Positions 12,779-24,821 of a stretch of DNA of 64,000 nucleotides are shown one piece after another. The translations under genes and the position numbers were made by a program. The stretch comes from Oculina patagonica. Taxonomy: Eukaryota. The notes under the pieces were generated by a model. That model ran no database searches. It was not told where the DNA came from and saw only the letters and a program-made list of their open reading frames with translations. The DNA lies in contig NC_135766.1 in NCBI RefSeq assembly GCF_052425735.1, positions 6,262,001-6,326,000 of the forward strand, written 5' to 3'. Positions within the stretch are counted from its first letter, which is position 1; every line of letters starts with the position of its first letter.

Positions 12779-13443
12779 ATACAGTGAAACCCTGTTAATA
12801 CAGACACCAAGGGGACATGCCAAAGTGTCAGTATAATCGTGTGTCTGTATTAAGCAGGCTCTCAGACAAAAAGTCACAGACACATGTTTCATCAACACAT
12901 GATAAAGGCAGACTTTTTTAGGCAAAAAAACGTTTACCGGTAGTTTCTTCTGTAACTGTAACTGCAACTGTAACAAGTCTGAACTATGGAAACCTTCTGC
13001 TCATCTGCTCATACTCTCAGACTTAAATTACCTTACTGATGGTGAAATTCGCCAGACAGTGGATTAATCATTTGAAAAGGTCCACAAATTTACTTTATTC
13101 AAGGAATATAGTAGGCATTTTAACAGCAACAGTTTCTTCTGTAACTGTAACCCTGACAAGTTAAAACTAGGGAAAATTAAACTCACGTTCATTTACTTGT
13201 ACTATCGGGATAAAATTAATTACTGTTCATTGAAACTCAACAATGGACTCATTTGAAAAATTCTGTAACTTTCCTTTGACAATGAAAATTGACAGTGCAT
13301 AGATAAACAGTGGCCGTAAAGTGGGGTTGATGATGTATAACAGTTTGTCACTCGGGACACAGAAAAGTGTCTGTTGTCCGTATTAACAGGTGTCCTATAA
13401 TTATTATCTGTATTAAGTGTCTGTCCATAGAGGGGGTTCCACT
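12779..13443. mobile_element. Degenerate relative of the 7577-10451 TA/CAGT MITE family
   Basis: tacagtgaaaccctgttaatacagacacc ... gtgtctgttgtccgtattaac ... ggggttccact. Confidence 0.6.
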
Positions 13444-13776
13444 CCTCTTTGATGGGTCAGTACTACAAATCTTTATCAGTTGCTGCAGCAATAACGATAT
13501 CAAACAAGTGTCCAATCATTGCTGAACAAGCTTTTGGTCATTTTCGTGATGTCACTTGTCACCATAGCAACAGTATAGCCTGTAAAAACCCTACATTTTC
13601 ACTTTCTGTGCTTATAACTCCAAAACGAGCTTGGTGACCCCCATTTTTTATTATTGAGTAATGATGATCAGCGTGTAAAGATTCAACTTTTTGCAAAGTA
13701 AAGTGTAGTAAGTACTGATCCATCAAGGTATAAGGGCTGGAAAGTGCTGAAAACCGCTGTGAGCCTCCTTAAGATA

Positions 13777-13993
13777 CAACCCTCCAATTTTTTTTTTTTA
13801 GTGGCCATTTGGCCACCGACTGCTCAAATTTTTTCGCCAGTGAAAAATTTTAGTCGCTAAATTAAGCTCACGCTTTCAATCCTTCTTCTCAATTTTGGTC
13901 ACCAGGCTGGCCGCGACTTTGGTTCCAATTTAGTCGCCACCTCCAAAGTTTTAGTCGCCATTGCAACTAAAATGGTCTTAACTTGGAGGGTTG
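13777..13993. mobile_element. ~217-bp MITE, same family as 28735-28952
   Basis: TIR CAACCCTCCAA/TTGGAGGGTTG; internal sequence collinear with 28735-28952. Confidence 0.85.
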
Positions 13994-14953
13994 CGAGAGG
14001 TCTAATGCTACCCAAAGTTTCAATTTACAAAATTTGCATGGACAAAAAAAAAAAAAAAACATAAAAACATAAAAACATAAAAAAATAATTAACTTGACAA
14101 GAAAGCCTCTGTTTATTTATATCTACAAAGTGTATTTCTACATTTCCTGATCTTACTTATTTTGACAATATTCACACTTAAACACCTGAGTGGAATTTTT
14201 TGGATAATTTTACTCTTTACCTTAAAAAGTAAAGTGGTTAGCTTATAACAGTACAGTGAAAATGTGAAAATTATTTTTTCTGACCTCTTTATGAGAGGTC
14301 TGAGTTCTAGCCCTGGTCAGGGTCTCTGAGCTGTAATATCAAGCAGGACACTTAACCCAGGAGTAGACACCGGTAGGGCAAATTATTAGAAATCCTGAAA
14401 ATTCTGGGGAGGAGGGGCAAAGGAAAAAGGTGAGAGGGAGGGTGAGGGATGGGGTAAGAAGGACAAGGGAAGGGGGAAGGGGGAGGGGAGGGGGCAAGGA
14501 GAAACGGGGAGGGGGATGGGGTTTGGTTTGCAATTGATTAGCTCCCCATTTAGTAAAGCACTAGCACTGATAAGTCATGTTACTACACCAATTCTTGGGA
14601 CTGGTGCAGGGTTTACCTTCACCATTTATACTGTAATCGAGCAGCTTATATGTTTTAAACAAATTCTTGATAAGAGAAGGTTGCTGTGCAGTTTATTAAA
14701 TTTAAGTGAAACTTGTTGAAACTATGTTTTAGCAATCTGTAAAAGCGAAAACTTTTCTGCTTGTCGTGTCGTTTTAGTGTGGAAGTAAACGCACTGAAGC
14801 TCAGGGATAAAAACTCTATTTCATGACTGATTACTGACCACAAATCGACAAATATACTACAAACAAGGATTTCATGTTAGTGCAAACGCTAGGTTAAGCT
14901 CTTCACCGACGAAACTTAACTCGACTTCAATCAGTTGGTAAGTTGCTTTTGTA

Positions 14954-15409
14954 CCCGGGGGGGGGGGGTCCTCCCATAAATTTCGGATAGGGGTGTGCCG
15001 CCAAGGTTCTTAAACCCTGACCCTATTTAAGGATAAAGAAAGCGAAAATTGATACCCTTTTTAAGGCCCAAAACCGAAAAATGACACCCTATTTAAGGGG
15101 AGGAGAAACGTTCGGTGACGACCCAAATAACGGCTAACCGCGCACGGCAAGACACAAATCTTTATAAAATCGCTTTTCTAATACCTGAACTGAAAATTCA
15201 GTTTTCAGATACCTTTTTTTGGTTTAGCTGGGCGTTTATTTTAGCTAATAGAATTTAGGTACGCTATCTAAGGATCACAGCGGGAACACATTGCCAAAAG
15301 GAGCAAAAATGATACCCTATTTAAGGACCGAGAACCTCAAAAACCATACCCTATCGGGCGGCACATACCTATATAGGCCACATATGGGAGTACCCCCCCC
15401 CCCCCCGGG
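14954..15409. mobile_element. MITE with G/C-homopolymer TIRs and 8-bp TSD (second copy at 60031-60490)
   Basis: cttttgta|CCCGGGGG...CTCCCATA ... TATGGGAGTACCCCC...CGGG|cttttgta. Confidence 0.92.
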
Positions 15410-15641
15410 CTTTTGTACAAGTTGACAACGAGAAAATTTACCATTTCTCTAAAGAAAATCGTAACAAACATGTCACATCCTTTCGGCTTTGGCATTTCAG
15501 TTCAGTAGCTGAACTGTAAAAATATTTCCTTCAGACCAAAAATTCCGGTCGAGTCTTGAAATCGTGCGAGGATGTCTATTCCCCAGACAGTGCCGTACTC
15601 AATAATATTTCTTCCCGTGGGTACACCCCCCGTGCTGCGTT

Positions 15642-16949
15642 TTACCCACTTGCTGCATCAGGACTTGGAACACGTGATATGTGTATAGTCTCTTGGTCTT
15701 CGTCTTCGGAAAAAATCGTCATGCTATCGCTTCCACGGGGCGACGACGGCTCTCGTTTCTCGGGCGGATATCTCACCAGGGAAATCTGCTTCTCGAAACC
15801 GTCTGGAGTTGTCACGAGGTAAGTCGTCGGAATAACGGGCAAACTCGACTGCCGGCGAAGTTTGCTTCGGAGTTTCTCGGTCCAGCTGCCGTTTGACGCT
15901 CGGGACTGTCGTCGGAAGACCTTCGGGTTTGTTGTTGGCTTCGGAGAAGGTGGCTTCGTCTCCTCTCGTGAGCTCTCCGAGGACGACGATACCGAGCTAG
16001 ACCGTGGCTGGATTTTTGGTTCCACTTGGCCCACTTGGAGTTTCTTGTTGTCAAGTTTGTTTGTCCAGTTACCGTAGTGAAGATTCTCGGTCTTTCTAGG
16101 CTGCTTGACAATTTGTGGGCTTGGTATTTGTATTGTGGCGGGTTGAAGGGGCGTTCTGTTTCGAGGCATTGTTGTTTTCGCGTTTGACTGAGTACCACAC
16201 GGCAACTGGTCGAAAGTGTTGCTTCTGCGAAGCAGCGAACCCGTACTCGAGGCTCGCTGCAGTTTGGGCGGTGAGAAATTAGCCGTGTTAAAGCCGCATT
16301 TCGGGCACTTGGTAGGAGCGTTCGCTTTCTCGTCACGCTTATTCAGCGGCAAGTCATTTGACACGTTCTCGGCGGAGCGCTGTAGAAACTCTTTCTCGTT
16401 TTCTCTTTTACTGTAAGCCTTCGCTACCTTATGAATCAGCCTTTCGATACAGGACTTGTGAAAGTCCGGTCCGTACACCATAGAACTTTTGAAATCGGCG
16501 ATTAAGTGTTCCGCGAGCGAGGTTGTTATTTCAGCCGTCCGCTTGTCATCTTGGCTTGAATTGCGACTATTATCAACGATTTCCGTTCGGTAAAATTGTT
16601 CCGGCAGCGGATTTCGCAAAAAATAATTCGTTAGTCGCATGCCAACCACAGGAATATTGTACGATTTAGCAATGCCGTATTGATTGAGAAAATAACTGTC
16701 TTCGAGAGTTTTTTTGCTAAATATGAAGACAAACACGCTTGCATGAGAAATCGTCTGATAGAGTTCCATGTTGTCCTGTCTTGGATCGAGTGTATCGGCA
16801 GCAGGGTGCGTACGAACTGCCCAGCTATTGACTAAATCTCTGATCACCACATCTCTTAGCGAAGGACTGCCTTTTGGCGTATTTAAACTAGCTTCACCAC
16901 ATACGTAAACCAACGGTTCTGTTTTGAAATTGCTTCTTTGCGTAGACAT
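15642..16949 (-). CDS. Intronless protein (~435 aa): N-terminal TIR-like domain and disordered S/P/R-rich C-terminus
   Basis: Long GC-richer ORF; ATG at 16949 in gaagccATG context; LVYVC ... ISHASVFVFIFSKKTLEDSYFLNQYGIAKSYNIPVVGM resembles TIR betaA/betaC-alphaC-betaD. The domain call is by eye. Confidence 0.75.
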   Translation of the reverse strand: MSTQRSNFKTEPLVYVCGEASLNTPKGSPSLRDVVIRDLVNSWAVRTHPAADTLDPRQDNMELYQTISHASVFVFIFSKKTLEDSYFLNQYGIAKSYNIPVVGMRLTNYFLRNPLPEQFYRTEIVDNSRNSSQDDKRTAEITTSLAEHLIADFKSSMVYGPDFHKSCIERLIHKVAKAYSKRENEKEFLQRSAENVSNDLPLNKRDEKANAPTKCPKCGFNTANFSPPKLQRASSTGSLLRRSNTFDQLPCGTQSNAKTTMPRNRTPLQPATIQIPSPQIVKQPRKTENLHYGNWTNKLDNKKLQVGQVEPKIQPRSSSVSSSSESSREETKPPSPKPTTNPKVFRRQSRASNGSWTEKLRSKLRRQSSLPVIPTTYLVTTPDGFEKQISLVRYPPEKREPSSPRGSDSMTIFSEDEDQETIHISRVPSPDAASG

Positions 16950-19900
16950 GGCTTCCGCGAAGTGTGTGTGTTTTTTAAAAGTTTCGCTGACTGAAGTCGA
17001 CCACAAGATATTTGTCTTGGCTGTAAAAAGTTGTGTTTCTTTTTTTTAACTCAAAATCTCAGCTCGAAAACCTTGAACATTAAGTCTCGCTGGCAAGGCT
17101 TCACGTCGATCTAATGGTTTTCTCGGCGTATTTTACCCGGCTCACAATAAAAGTTGCATGAGACAGGTGTTTCTTGCAGTTGCCATGTCGAGTGACTGAC
17201 ACCCGGTCGATCATACTTTTAATCCTCTCGTAACTACATGCAGAACTAATTTCAAAGGTTTGTTTTACAGCATGTGTATGTTTCTTCTTTACAAGATCTC
17301 CCAGCACTTTCGTTAATCCTTCAGTCGGCCACAAAGTAAAGTTTTTCCCGAAGCGAACAGCTGTGTCGTGTTTTCGTGCACAATCTAGCTGCAGAAATCA
17401 AGAAAAACATACATTACTTTTAGTTTTTATAAAGTCCCTTTATGTTGTTTCTACTTTTTGCCCGCAAGGACAGAAATATATTCTTTGTCGTATTTACGTC
17501 TTTTCTATTCGCCGTGACTACCAATTTGGTGATTTTCGCTAATAGTCAAAAATTGCATCCGAATTGCGGCTCTTTCCCTAACTTGTTCGTTCATTATGTT
17601 TCCGAACAATACCGCGAATTAGCAAAAGAATATTGCGTATTATCCCGTCATCTAAAGTCTTAGCTTCGCCGCTTTTAAGAAAGTAAATTCAATTTTTCAT
17701 TTCCATATCAAAACAAAAAAGAAAACGAGAGGTAATAAGCGATATGAATAAACAGCACAGCAAAAAATGGATACCAACCCGGGTCTCAAACGATCGCCGT
17801 CCGACGAAGGCCTCAGAGCTGTAATGACTTTTTGGTCGATGTGATTCGTATTTTCACCTCGAGTCTTTCAAAGTATATAATTAATAATCTTCTGCGTGAA
17901 CAGGAAAACCTATCAAAACACCTTCTGTCTTTGTTGATAAAAGTGAAAGAAATAATATTACCTTCATGCATATTCATGACAAACTCTTTGAAAGCGGTGT
18001 GCCACTTTGCAGTGGTTAGCGATCTTGCGCTCGTATTTGATGCTTGATTTTGCGTTAATAAACTCAATGTCAAACGGCTGCGTTTTATTTCTCAGGTTAA
18101 TAGCGCCAATTTCATTAACGCGGGATGGAATGAGTAAAGAACCGAAAAAATTAACGAAAAAAGAAGATATATAAAATCTAGTTTCCGTAACATTTATTCA
18201 ATAGAAGTTGTTTTTGATGTCTCAGAATGGTTTTGTACACATTGCTATAGGATAAGACCCCACTTATTTCATTTAAAGCGGCGAATTTACATAAATCTTC
18301 TGTGAAACATCATTTTTTTTAATGAGCTCCGCAGTTTTATTCAATGCAGTTGCCAATTCGCAGGTGAATCGAATTTTCTCGCTCTCTTATTGGTTGTTTT
18401 GACAGCCATACGCAATTAGAAGGCCTTGGTCTAAGAGGTTTCTTCTTCGGATATTACTTGACTTGTTTTCCTTCACATGTAACGCATCGATGCGATAAAT
18501 AATGAATTTAAGCCATCGATCGTCAACGAAACACGCAGATCTATTCGGGAAATTAAAGATTGATATTCAATAAATGAAATCTGAATTCCATTTTGAGTAG
18601 TTTATCCACTAAATATTTCATTATGTTAACGTGTTCCTGCCTGGGGCTTATGTATTTCATTCAAGAATATTCTATAAATCGACACAGTTAACAGCTGTCT
18701 TATTTGCTGCAAGCTGAGCTTTAAAATATCTTTGGCAACCAAATAAAAATTTCATTTCAACCTAAAGCAAACAAAACAGAAACTACCCGCGAACTCAATG
18801 CAAAATGTTTTTTCACGTTTCGTTTACAAAACACTTCACTTTGCGAAAGTTTAAACAGCTCAAAGCTCATTGCTTTCCGGTTTTGTGTTGATAGCGTACT
18901 GATTTTAAGGTTTTTATCAGTTTTGCAAGTAATCAAAGATCGCTTAGTTTTGATAAGCCACGTTAGAATGTTCTGGAACAAAAAGTATTTTGACAAATTT
19001 TTAATTTAGTTCAGTGTTGAAACGTGCAAAACTCGTAACTTAAGAGCATTCGATTTCTTTCTCAAAACGTTTAATAAATGTAGCAAGTTTTTCCTATTTT
19101 TTTTTTGAGAAAAACTGAATAACCCTAGTTTAATTATCGGGAGTAATGAAAGGAGAAACTTGCATCGTCCCGACTCATAAACTGTAAAAACACGAGCCTA
19201 AATTTTTTTTACAAATTTGTTCATATTTTAAGCCATTTCCATTTTAATCATTGTTACTTATTTTCGCTTCCTGTTGGGTTCGTTCATGTCATTTGTCAAG
19301 CCGTACATTTCCACCAAATTAAACCATTAGCCGGCTATTTTATTATCTAGTCTTGTTTTTTAACTCCTTGAAGACATGTCACTGAATCTTTGTTCAGTTC
19401 TCGAATGAAATTTGACATTTGCTAAGTGCTTTATATTTGTTTGGTGAAGCTATATATATTTTTTCTCTTTACACAATTTAATTTCACGGAAATAGAAATC
19501 TGCAGTCTTCAGAGGGGAACGTATTCAAAGCGACACAAAGAGCGTGGGAAGAAAAGCTTTCCTGTACAAAGTGTGGGCTCCTAAAACTACCTAGAACAAA
19601 TTAAACTCCAACAATAAAGACATCATTTTGTAGACCAGTGCTCGACACATGAACGCATTGGGTAGTGAGTATGACTAACGATGGCTAGGATGGAAATGAA
19701 TAACAATATCGACCAACGAAAAATACATGAAGCTCGCATTTCATTTTGATTCGGAGTCCCTTGAAATGATTTTTTAATTCATTTTATATTTGAAACGTCA
19801 ATATCCAGAACAAATACGCTGTCTTCTTATTGTTACATCTTTATTTTATATCGATTTTTGAATTAAGTCTTATCAACACTGATTCCAAATATCCGTCGGT

Positions 19901-20984
19901 ACGGAAACAGTCCGAGCTGTAAATGGCTGTTGATAAAATTGTCCGCAGTTTACAGAAAAACCATGATTGCTCGTGTTTGTTTTTCGGCGGATTTTGTTTT
20001 TCATTAACACGGATTGTATTGTCTTTAAACGTCGGCAATTTCTCACTGACAACATTGCTCGGAAGTTGTTAGTTGTTATATCACACTTTGCAGAGTAAGT
20101 GAAAAACAAATAGAAATTGTTTATAATTGTCAAATTCATAGACATTATTTTTAGTTGTACGCACGCCGAAATATATGTAATTTTATTGAGCTGTTTGACC
20201 CTTGCCAATAAGCGTAGCTTTAGAGCATGACACATTTCCAAACAAACATGTATTCTGTTAATAACAAAGAATTTAAAATAACTGAATTCTGAGTCGTTTG
20301 GACAGAGGGCATTTTCGTTTATTTTTTGTTTTGTCTACGGTAATTTTTTTCCGAATACTCCCGAAGGTCGTCCGAAGACCCAACGAAATTAAAAGTTGCC
20401 CCGAAGACTTCAGACGATTTCCGAAGACGACCGAAGTCTTTCTAAGAACGCCAAAGATGACCCGGAAAAACTTGCGATGATCACCCGAAATTCAGCATAT
20501 ATTTTCAATAGTCCCCAAAGTTTGCCGAAGACCACTCAATGTCTTACCAGTAGACACAGATGAAAGGCATGTTATAGAGACCCGTATAAGTTTTGTTTTT
20601 TTTCCAGTTGCAAACAGACTTCTTTTTTTCTTGTAGGGTCTGGTTTTTCTGTTATTACAAACGTTTCTGAACCGACGATGATCGTTTTAAACGAAACGAG
20701 TAATTTCACCACATTGATTTATGTTGTATCAAAGTAACAAAGTGAGCGTTTTCATTGAAAACCGATTTTTGCAGAAAACGTTCTCCAAAGTGGATATTTT
20801 TGAAACTGACTGCACTGAACATCTTCGTGTGACGTTGAAAAGGAAGGTTTACTCCTCCAAAAAGATATTGAATTTTTTTCTCGTCCCCATAGCCGCTTGT
20901 CCCCCCTAGGCCCCTAGCCAGCAGAGCCTGGGGCACCAGGAACAAGTGGCACCGACATGCTGCTAGGGTTACCCTAGCAAAAAG

Positions 20985-21113
20985 NNNNNNNNNNNNNNNN
21001 NNNNNNNNNNNNNNNNNNNNNNNNNNNNNNNNNNNNNNNNNNNNNNNNNNNNNNNNNNNNNNNNNNNNNNNNNNNNNNNNNNNNNNNNNNNNNNNNNNNN
21101 NNNNNNNNNNNNN
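20985..21113. other. Assembly gap (N run)
   Basis: 129 N, followed closely by a long poly-C. Confidence 1.
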
Positions 21114-21146
21114 AAAAAATTTTATAAATTAAAGGGTGGGGGAAAA

Positions 21147-21181
<35 letters not shown>

Positions 21182-21413
21182 TATTGTTACGCTACCTGCT
21201 TGTAAGTTTACTGGGCCTTAGTTCATTTTGCTTTCATACAAGACAAGCCTGTTCCAGGCTCTCAGTTAATTGGGGTGCAACCCGAAAACAGGATTGGCAC
21301 AAGAAAGGCGAATTCCGAGGCGCCGTTCTTGGCGCTGTTTTCCAATTAACCGAACGCCTAGAACAGGCTAGTGTGGACGATGCTTAAAAATCAAAAACGT
21401 CTAAAAACAACAG

Positions 21414-21557
21414 TAAATTAAAGTGGTCTGAACATATCTCATCTATTTCAAGCAAGGCACGTCGGTCCTTGGGGCTGATCAAGAGAAATCTCTGGAACTG
21501 CCCCAGGAAAGTACGCGAAACGGCCTATACCAGCATCGTCCGACCCAAATTGGAGTA
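21414..21557 (+). mobile_element. CR1-group LINE, 5'-truncated, left part of ORF2 C-terminus
   Basis: Encodes KLKWSEHISSISSKARRSLGLIKRNLWNCPRKVRETAYTSIVRPKLEY; continues at 36168. Confidence 0.85.
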
Positions 21558-23135
21558 ATAATAATAATAATAATAATACTTTATTTATATAGCGCTATTT
21601 CTATTTCTAACCAATAGCGCTTTACAAGTTATTTACAATTAAAAATTACATATCTATATTAAAAAAGTTACAATTTGTATATAATAAAAAAAATAAAAGA
21701 TCAATAAAAGAACTAAAACGAATAAAAAGACTAACTAATTCACCTAAGTTAATTGTAAAAATACACTAAATTATAAAAATATCTAACTAAAGTTTGCGCT
21801 TAAACTCTGAAATGCCATTGCACGATCGAATTTCTAAAGGTAAGGCATTCCAGAGTTGTGGCGAGGCTACAGAAAAAGCTCGAAATCCGTAGCTGCGCAA
21901 ATTATAGGCGACGTCATCCAAGCGATGGCCATTCATGGAACGTAGATTACGTCTCGGAACATATCTCTTGATCATATCAGACAGATAAGTTGGGGCTAAG
22001 CCCATCAAACACTTGAATGTTATAAGAAGCAGCTTAAATATTATGCGCTCTTCAATAGGTAGCCAGTGAAGGTTATAAAGTACCGGTGTAATATGTTCAC
22101 ATTTTCGCGTAAGTGTCACAATCCGGGCTGCTACATTCTGAACATGCTGTAACTTCTTTAAAGTTTGTTTAGGCAGTCCAAACAAAAGTGAATTGCAGAA
22201 ATCTAATCTGGAGGATACAAATGCATGTACCAGCATTTCAGCAGTATGAAAACTTAAATATTTCCTAATGCGACTGATATTCCGAAGATGATAGAAAGCT
22301 GACTTGCAAATAGCAGTAATGTGGTTTTCCATGGACATAGATGTGTCGAAAATTACACCAATGTTTCTGGCTTTAGATGATAGGTCAATATCCTCATCAC
22401 AGACTGAAATAGACGTCAGTGGGGGGAGTGGACGATGACGAGCCTTCAAGACAAGTAACTCGGTCTTGTCCCTGTTCATCTTTAACATGTTTGCCGTCAT
22501 CCAAGTATCAATGTCACGCACACAAGCCTCCATCGCCGCTTTAGCCATCTCAGGGGACGATTTAAAGGTGAGATACAGCTGCGTGTCATCAGCGTAAAGG
22601 TGGAACTTGACCTGATGATGCCTCATGATATCACCTAATGGGGACGTGTAGAGCAGGAATAGAATGGGTCCGACTACCCTGAGGTACACCACAGCGGAGC
22701 TCACGACGGGAAGACTGACTTCCATTTACTTTCACGACTTGATGTCGGTCAGACAGATATGATCGGAACCACCCCAAAGCGTTGTCTACGATACCAAACC
22801 GTTGTGACAGACGATCTAATAGGATACGATGATCAACAGTATCAAATGCTGCTGAAAGGTCAAGTAGCAGCAGAATTACACAACAGTTGTTATCAATTGC
22901 CCGAAGAATATCATCTTGAACTTTGATCATCGCCGTTTCAGTGCTGTGGTACTGTTTATATGCTGACTGATAAAGTTCGTTTAAGTTGTTATCCTCAACG
23001 TGTTGACATGTCTGAGCTGCAACAACTTTTTCGACACATTTGGAAATGAAAACCAGGTTAGAAACTGGGCGAAAGCTGCTAAATTCTTCATAAGGCAGAG
23101 TTTGCTTCTTAAGAAGTGGATGCAATGAAGCCTTT
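21558..23135 (-). mobile_element. L2-group LINE 3' part (reverse transcriptase, frameshifted; (TTA)n tail)
   Basis: ORFs 22631-23125 and 21787-22725 contain FRPVSNL, LLDLSAAFDTVDH, GVPQGS, YADDTQLY and LHWLPIEERI; frameshift near 22680; 3' end gcgctatataaataaagtattattatta. Confidence 0.95.
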
Positions 23136-23605
23136 TTAGGCGGTGACGCCTATATGCCAGGGCACGATGGAGGGTTCGTTCGTGTGAGAACTAAGGATGG
23201 GCCGATACTCGATACCAAATATTCGATACATCGATATTTTGACAAATTTGAAAAGTATCGATACTTTCGAAAAATATCGCACTTTCGATACTGAACACGT
23301 GACCTGAGCCTGCGGTCTTCTGGTCAGCACCTGAGGTTTAAAAATGCACTTTTGCGCAAACAAATATTGATTTTCTTGTCAATATTTGCATTTTTCTATT
23401 GCCTTGACTTGATCTAGTCCACAGTGAAACAAAAAGACCAAAAATCAACATTCCTGGCTAATATTTATAATGCCAGGACTGTCCTTTGTATGGTCAAACA
23501 AATCACGTGACATACCAATGACGTCAGTACGAAAGGGACGTCATAATATCGATATCGATATCGATATCGAGAAAAAAGGCAAATATCGTATCGATATCGT
23601 AGATT

Positions 23606-24110
23606 ACCGTACCCAAATTCGCAAGTAGCCAATCAGAAGCGCGATCTACTGTCCTGATATCCTACGATATCAAGTCACTGACCTGATATGCCACCATATC
23701 ACGGTCACTTTGAATTAAAGTAGTGTTTCTGTACGATGAATTGAAAAGAGGTTTTACCAATAAAACAGAAACTAGTATTTTTAATTAGCTGGTGTTTACC
23801 GGTCGTAAAATGAGAAAAACTTTCCCGCCAAAACTAAACTTGAGCGACGAGTACTGAAACATTCACACTGAAACAATGGAGTCGAAGTTTCCCAATTTTT
23901 CGCTAAATTTGGATTTTGAAAATTTAGGGAATGAAACTACAAACAAACGAGTAAAAAAATGTAAGAAGAGGACTTGATAAAAGTGTTGAAGACCAAAAAA
24001 GTATCAATACAAGCAGGTCAAATTTTGTACTACGTGTCTGGCAAGCATGGCTTCAACAGATCGAATAATACTCTCTATCACCGGATTTTTGGCTGAATTT
24101 GGGTACGGTA
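23606..24110. mobile_element. MITE inside the Helentron 5' region
   Basis: TACCGTACCCAAATTC / GAATTTGGGTACGGTA inverted ends, TA-bounded. Confidence 0.6.
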
Positions 24111-24114
24111 AATA

Positions 24115-24272
24115 CCTAATAGTACCTTTTTGGTACGCTTCGGCGGCATATCAGGCTCGTTTGGTCTCACCATGGGTATTTTGGCTCGACTGCGTCTCGC
24201 CAAAATACGAACCATGGCTCGACCAAACTCGCCTGATATGCCGCCGAAGCGTACCAAAAAGGTACGATTAGG
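24115..24272. repeat. Long hairpin upstream of the Helentron ORF
   Basis: cctaatagtacctttttggtacgcttcggcggcatatcaggc... pairs with ...gcctgatatgccgccgaagcgtaccaaaaaggtacgattagg. Confidence 0.9.
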
Positions 24273-24821
24273 TATAAGAACAGAGAGAGGAGAGAGGATT
24301 GGTAACAAAGCACATGCGACAGGTCACGTGAGGTATTTGTATTTGCCTGTCCGCCATCTTGGTCGCGCGATTGTGAACTTGTGAGTATTTTCTTGTAGCG
24401 AGAAGCCTTGACTTCAAGATTTGTAGCTGTTATATTTTTGCGCTCACCTACAAACACATAAAGAACTCGTAGTGCACACATACAGCTAAATCGACATACT
24501 CGCACACGAGATAGGTCGAGGGTCTACATAAATTGTGGTTTACGCATCGAGCTCTACGCTACGTGTCGGTGAGCTGTTTTGGTCAGACCCTGTCCTGTCA
24601 TAACTGAAGTTGAACTGAATATAACCATTGAAAGCAATATAAACACTGTCAGAATTGAAATATTTGTCATCTTAACTACTGGCGACATTGTGATTTGAGC
24701 TTAACTGAAGACGTGATCAGTACAGAAGAAGTTTACTATCAAAACTGCTGAGATTGCAAAAGATAGAAAGGTGAGCTATCTAAGTTTTATTTGCTTGAAC
24801 GTGTATTAACTACCGTAGGTT

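Noticed and set aside
15556-16416. Several overlapping ORFs over the TIR-like gene
   Set aside because: Alternative-frame shadows of a GC-rich CDS.
20355-20535. Spaced CCGAAG motifs (also TGCGGT at 46240-46410) resembling a CRISPR array
   Set aside because: Short irregular motifs typical of TE subterminal regions; eukaryotic context with no cas genes.
20960-20980. TAGGGTTACCCTA resembling a telomeric repeat
   Set aside because: A single short palindrome, not a TTAGGG array.
17000-20980. Short ORFs upstream of the TIR-like gene
   Set aside because: No recognisable motifs or consistent splice structure; treated as intergenic or 5' regulatory sequence.
21120-21181. Poly-Pro ORF / long poly-C
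   Set aside because: Next to an assembly gap; probably unreliable sequence.
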